Shown one piece after another: positions 61,768 to 64,000 of a DNA stretch of 64,000 nucleotides (position 1 is the stretch's first letter; each line of letters starts with the position of its first letter). The notes below the pieces were generated by a model. That model had not been told where the DNA came from, ran no database searches, and saw nothing but the letters and a program-made list of their open reading frames with translations. A program made the position numbers and the translations under genes. The DNA is from an uncultured delta proteobacterium (lineage in GTDB: Bacteria > Desulfobacterota > Desulfomonilia > Desulfomonilales > Desulfomonilaceae), in the NCBI GenBank assembly GCA_963789265.1, contig CAWBKB010000001.1:1504001-1568000 (forward strand). The letters are read 5' to 3'.

Positions 61768-61825
61768 CCTAACCGACGGCTTAATCGAGACCGCGATCGT
61801 TGCGGAACTTCAGTAGGTGGGGCAT

Positions 61826-61943
61826 GGGGTAGGGCCTTGCTTTTTTGGGGCAGGGAGATCGTCGCGCAGGTTGAGTTCCGTCACTCGAGGCGGGCAGAAC
61901 TGCCCTGCGCGAAAGCCAGCAGTCGAGAAACAAGACCTGACAC
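61826..61943. repeat. ~115-bp MITE/REP-like repeat, copy 2
   Basis: Shared GAGATCG..GCGCAG and CAGAACTGCCC.GCGCGAAAG blocks. Confidence 0.75.
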
Positions 61944-62344
61944 ACCGTCCTGCGCACTAGGCGCGAGACCGGCAATGACAAGCTTTCGCCGCGCGTAACT
62001 GAGGGATTGCATGGATTCCGGAATTTTGCTTGACAGGTGTATGCAGTTTATGTGAGATCTAGATTAAGTAAATGTGTCGTAATTTATCGGTTCGGAGCAA
62101 AGCTCGATAGTAGGTGTTCCCTCTTTCGCGTGCTTGGCCCCAGATCGCTCCGGAAGCGGAGCTTCCACGTTTTTGCCGGAGCACGGATTTTGGGATGATG
62201 GGGGTTTGTGCAGCTCGCAGCCCGATGTGCTGTAGCGGCTTTCGCAAGACGACTTCCGGGCCGGGACACCTCTCGGCGTGTGAGTGCTCGGTATCCATTT
62301 TGTTTTGAATCCGTAGGTCGGAAGTACTGTGTGGGGGTAGAGGT

Positions 62345-63469
62345 ATGGCTGGGCACGGTCGTTCGTTCAGATGGGGGCTGGCTGTTGTTGCCGGGCTTTT
62401 GACTTGTTTGTCTGCAAGTGGTTTGCAAGCACAAAGCCTCGCAGCGTTGCCTTGGGTTGGGGCGCTCGATTGGGGCGCGGTGAGGGTAACCCCAGAGGTG
62501 AACGTTGGATACCAGTCAATGGGAGTGAATTTTAATTTACCCGCCCGCCTGCTTCCGGGCAGCCTTCTTGTAGGCGTTCCGATATCCGGTAATAGTAGTG
62601 TGGACCTCAAGTTGCGAGATGCCAATGTAGGTGTAGGCTCAGTGGGGCTGGACTTCACCACGAATTCCCCATTCAGTTTGTTTTTGAGTGGCGAGGGGAG
62701 TTTGAAAAGAAATGTGGGCGCCGTCACCACGGAATATCCGGGCCTGGAGAATTTGGGATTGTCCTTTCCGGTTCAATGGAATGCACCAGAATTTCAATAT
62801 TGGGCCATCGAAGGCGGAATTGGTATATTCTGGAGACCAGGGTACTCGCTGGTATGCGGTTTGAGGCGAGAGAAAGTGTCGGTTCAGCTTAGGGAACCTT
62901 CTCCGTCTTCCATTAGCTTGGGACCGGTACCTCCGCCGATAGTCCTGCAACTCAATGCAATCGAAAGTTTTGGGGATTTCGAAGAGAATTCGTGGATACC
63001 ATACTTCGGCATTAAGATAGCCGGACCGGGCTATCGGTGCACTATCATTGGAAGTCCATTTGTCGCCACGGAAATTAGGTTGCCCTTATCGGCGATTTCC
63101 AATTTTAGGAGTGGTGTAATTTCCGGAGGATTATTTTCCGGTTACACTCAGAATCGGTCTGTTACCTGGGACTATAAAGTGAGCGATCCCAGCCTTTTTC
63201 TGGAATGCGCGTTAGAGTATGACACCAGTCCGTTTGGATCTGACTCTATCAAATTTACTCCCTGGGTGAAGGGGAGTTGGCTACACTACAGGGGCCGCGG
63301 GATTTTGGACGCAAGCACAGTAGTTGCTGATTACTATAGCCACCCCTTCGGCCCTCCTCCCCCTTTCACCGGAGTCAGGGTCCAGAGCACCACTTCTTCT
63401 GACACAGACACGGCCACCTTAGGCAGATATTTTGTTGCCGGTGGGGTTAGCGTCCTGTTTTCCTTTTGA
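62345..63469 (+). CDS. Putative outer-membrane beta-barrel protein
   Basis: Signal peptide, alternating beta pattern, C-terminal Phe. Confidence 0.7.
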   Translation: MAGHGRSFRWGLAVVAGLLTCLSASGLQAQSLAALPWVGALDWGAVRVTPEVNVGYQSMGVNFNLPARLLPGSLLVGVPISGNSSVDLKLRDANVGVGSVGLDFTTNSPFSLFLSGEGSLKRNVGAVTTEYPGLENLGLSFPVQWNAPEFQYWAIEGGIGIFWRPGYSLVCGLRREKVSVQLREPSPSSISLGPVPPPIVLQLNAIESFGDFEENSWIPYFGIKIAGPGYRCTIIGSPFVATEIRLPLSAISNFRSGVISGGLFSGYTQNRSVTWDYKVSDPSLFLECALEYDTSPFGSDSIKFTPWVKGSWLHYRGRGILDASTVVADYYSHPFGPPPPFTGVRVQSTTSSDTDTATLGRYFVAGGVSVLFSF

Positions 63470-63594
63470 TTTTTTAGCTTGAGCAGAGCCGTCTCGCGCA
63501 GACCCAGTGGGGAAGGGCTTCTGTCTATTTGCGTTGCCTCGTGCTCCATGCAGACAATATTACTTTAGTTCTTAGCCATATATTGCACGTGCCT

Positions 63595-63710
63595 GGGGTC
63601 AAGTCTTGCTTTTTGTCTCATCGAGATCGCGGCGCAGATGTGGCTCCATTACTCGCTGGTGAACAGAACTGCCCAGCACGAAAGATAGAAGTCAAGAAAC
63701 AAGGTCCGAG
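63595..63710. repeat. ~115-bp MITE/REP-like repeat, copy 3
   Basis: Nearly identical to 60024-60139 over its 5' half. Confidence 0.8.
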
Positions 63711-63891
63711 TCTTGGCCCTTCGTGACCGCTTCGCTTCCCCGGCGCTTAATTCTTCTTGACATTTGACCCGCTCTGTGGCTTAACGATATATGTTTCAGG
63801 TCTTATATTTCATTTCTCTCTTGACGCCGACTGACGATCAAACTTGCAGGCCGTAGATGGCGTGAAGGGTGGTGTACGTAGGGGGTTGGGT

Positions 63892-64000
63892 ATGGGATCA
63901 CGTTCCGTCGGGCGGATGCTGCTCGTCGTAATCATGGGATCGTTTCTCGCCTGCAATCTGTTTACGGTTGCGGCGTCGCAAGGTATTCAACAATTCCCAC
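63892..64000 (+). CDS. Start of a secreted protein (runs off the window)
   Basis: MGSRSVGRMLLVVIMGSFLACNLFTVAASQG signal peptide. Confidence 0.5.
   Translation, partial: MGSRSVGRMLLVVIMGSFLACNLFTVAASQGIQQFP

Overview
Bacterial chromosomal window, probably from a Desulfomonile-like deltaproteobacterium. That is an inference from a repeated 'ADIKSG..D..L..KY.L' domain, the beta-barrel gene and the REP families. Positions ~1-43317 are a large mosaic genomic island. Its tyrosine integrase and excisionase abut the 3' end of a tRNA-Phe(GAA); the other border is not visible and probably lies left of the window. The island carries two diverged three-gene DDE/AAA insertion sequences, a Prim-Pol/SprT replication-like module, several ribbon-helix-helix genes, ankyrin proteins and HEPN/PD-(D/E)XK defence-like nucleases. 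It also carries two UGA-recoded (selenocysteine) genes missed by the ORF track: an arsenite methyltransferase and a rhodanese. Non-coding features include a sigma54-driven small RNA and two or three families of repeated, covarying, pseudoknotted elements (~220-330 nt) that I cannot assign to a known family. Positions ~43400-64000 look like core genome: MoxR ATPase and partner, HemW, tRNA-Gln, CpsB phosphatase, ankyrin-DnaJ, ABC binding protein, aryl-AMP ligase, DUF362, AraC, SPFH and a beta-barrel, with REP/MITE repeats. Five apparent frameshifts all sit next to GTAC, which suggests methylation-linked sequencing errors rather than true pseudogenes.
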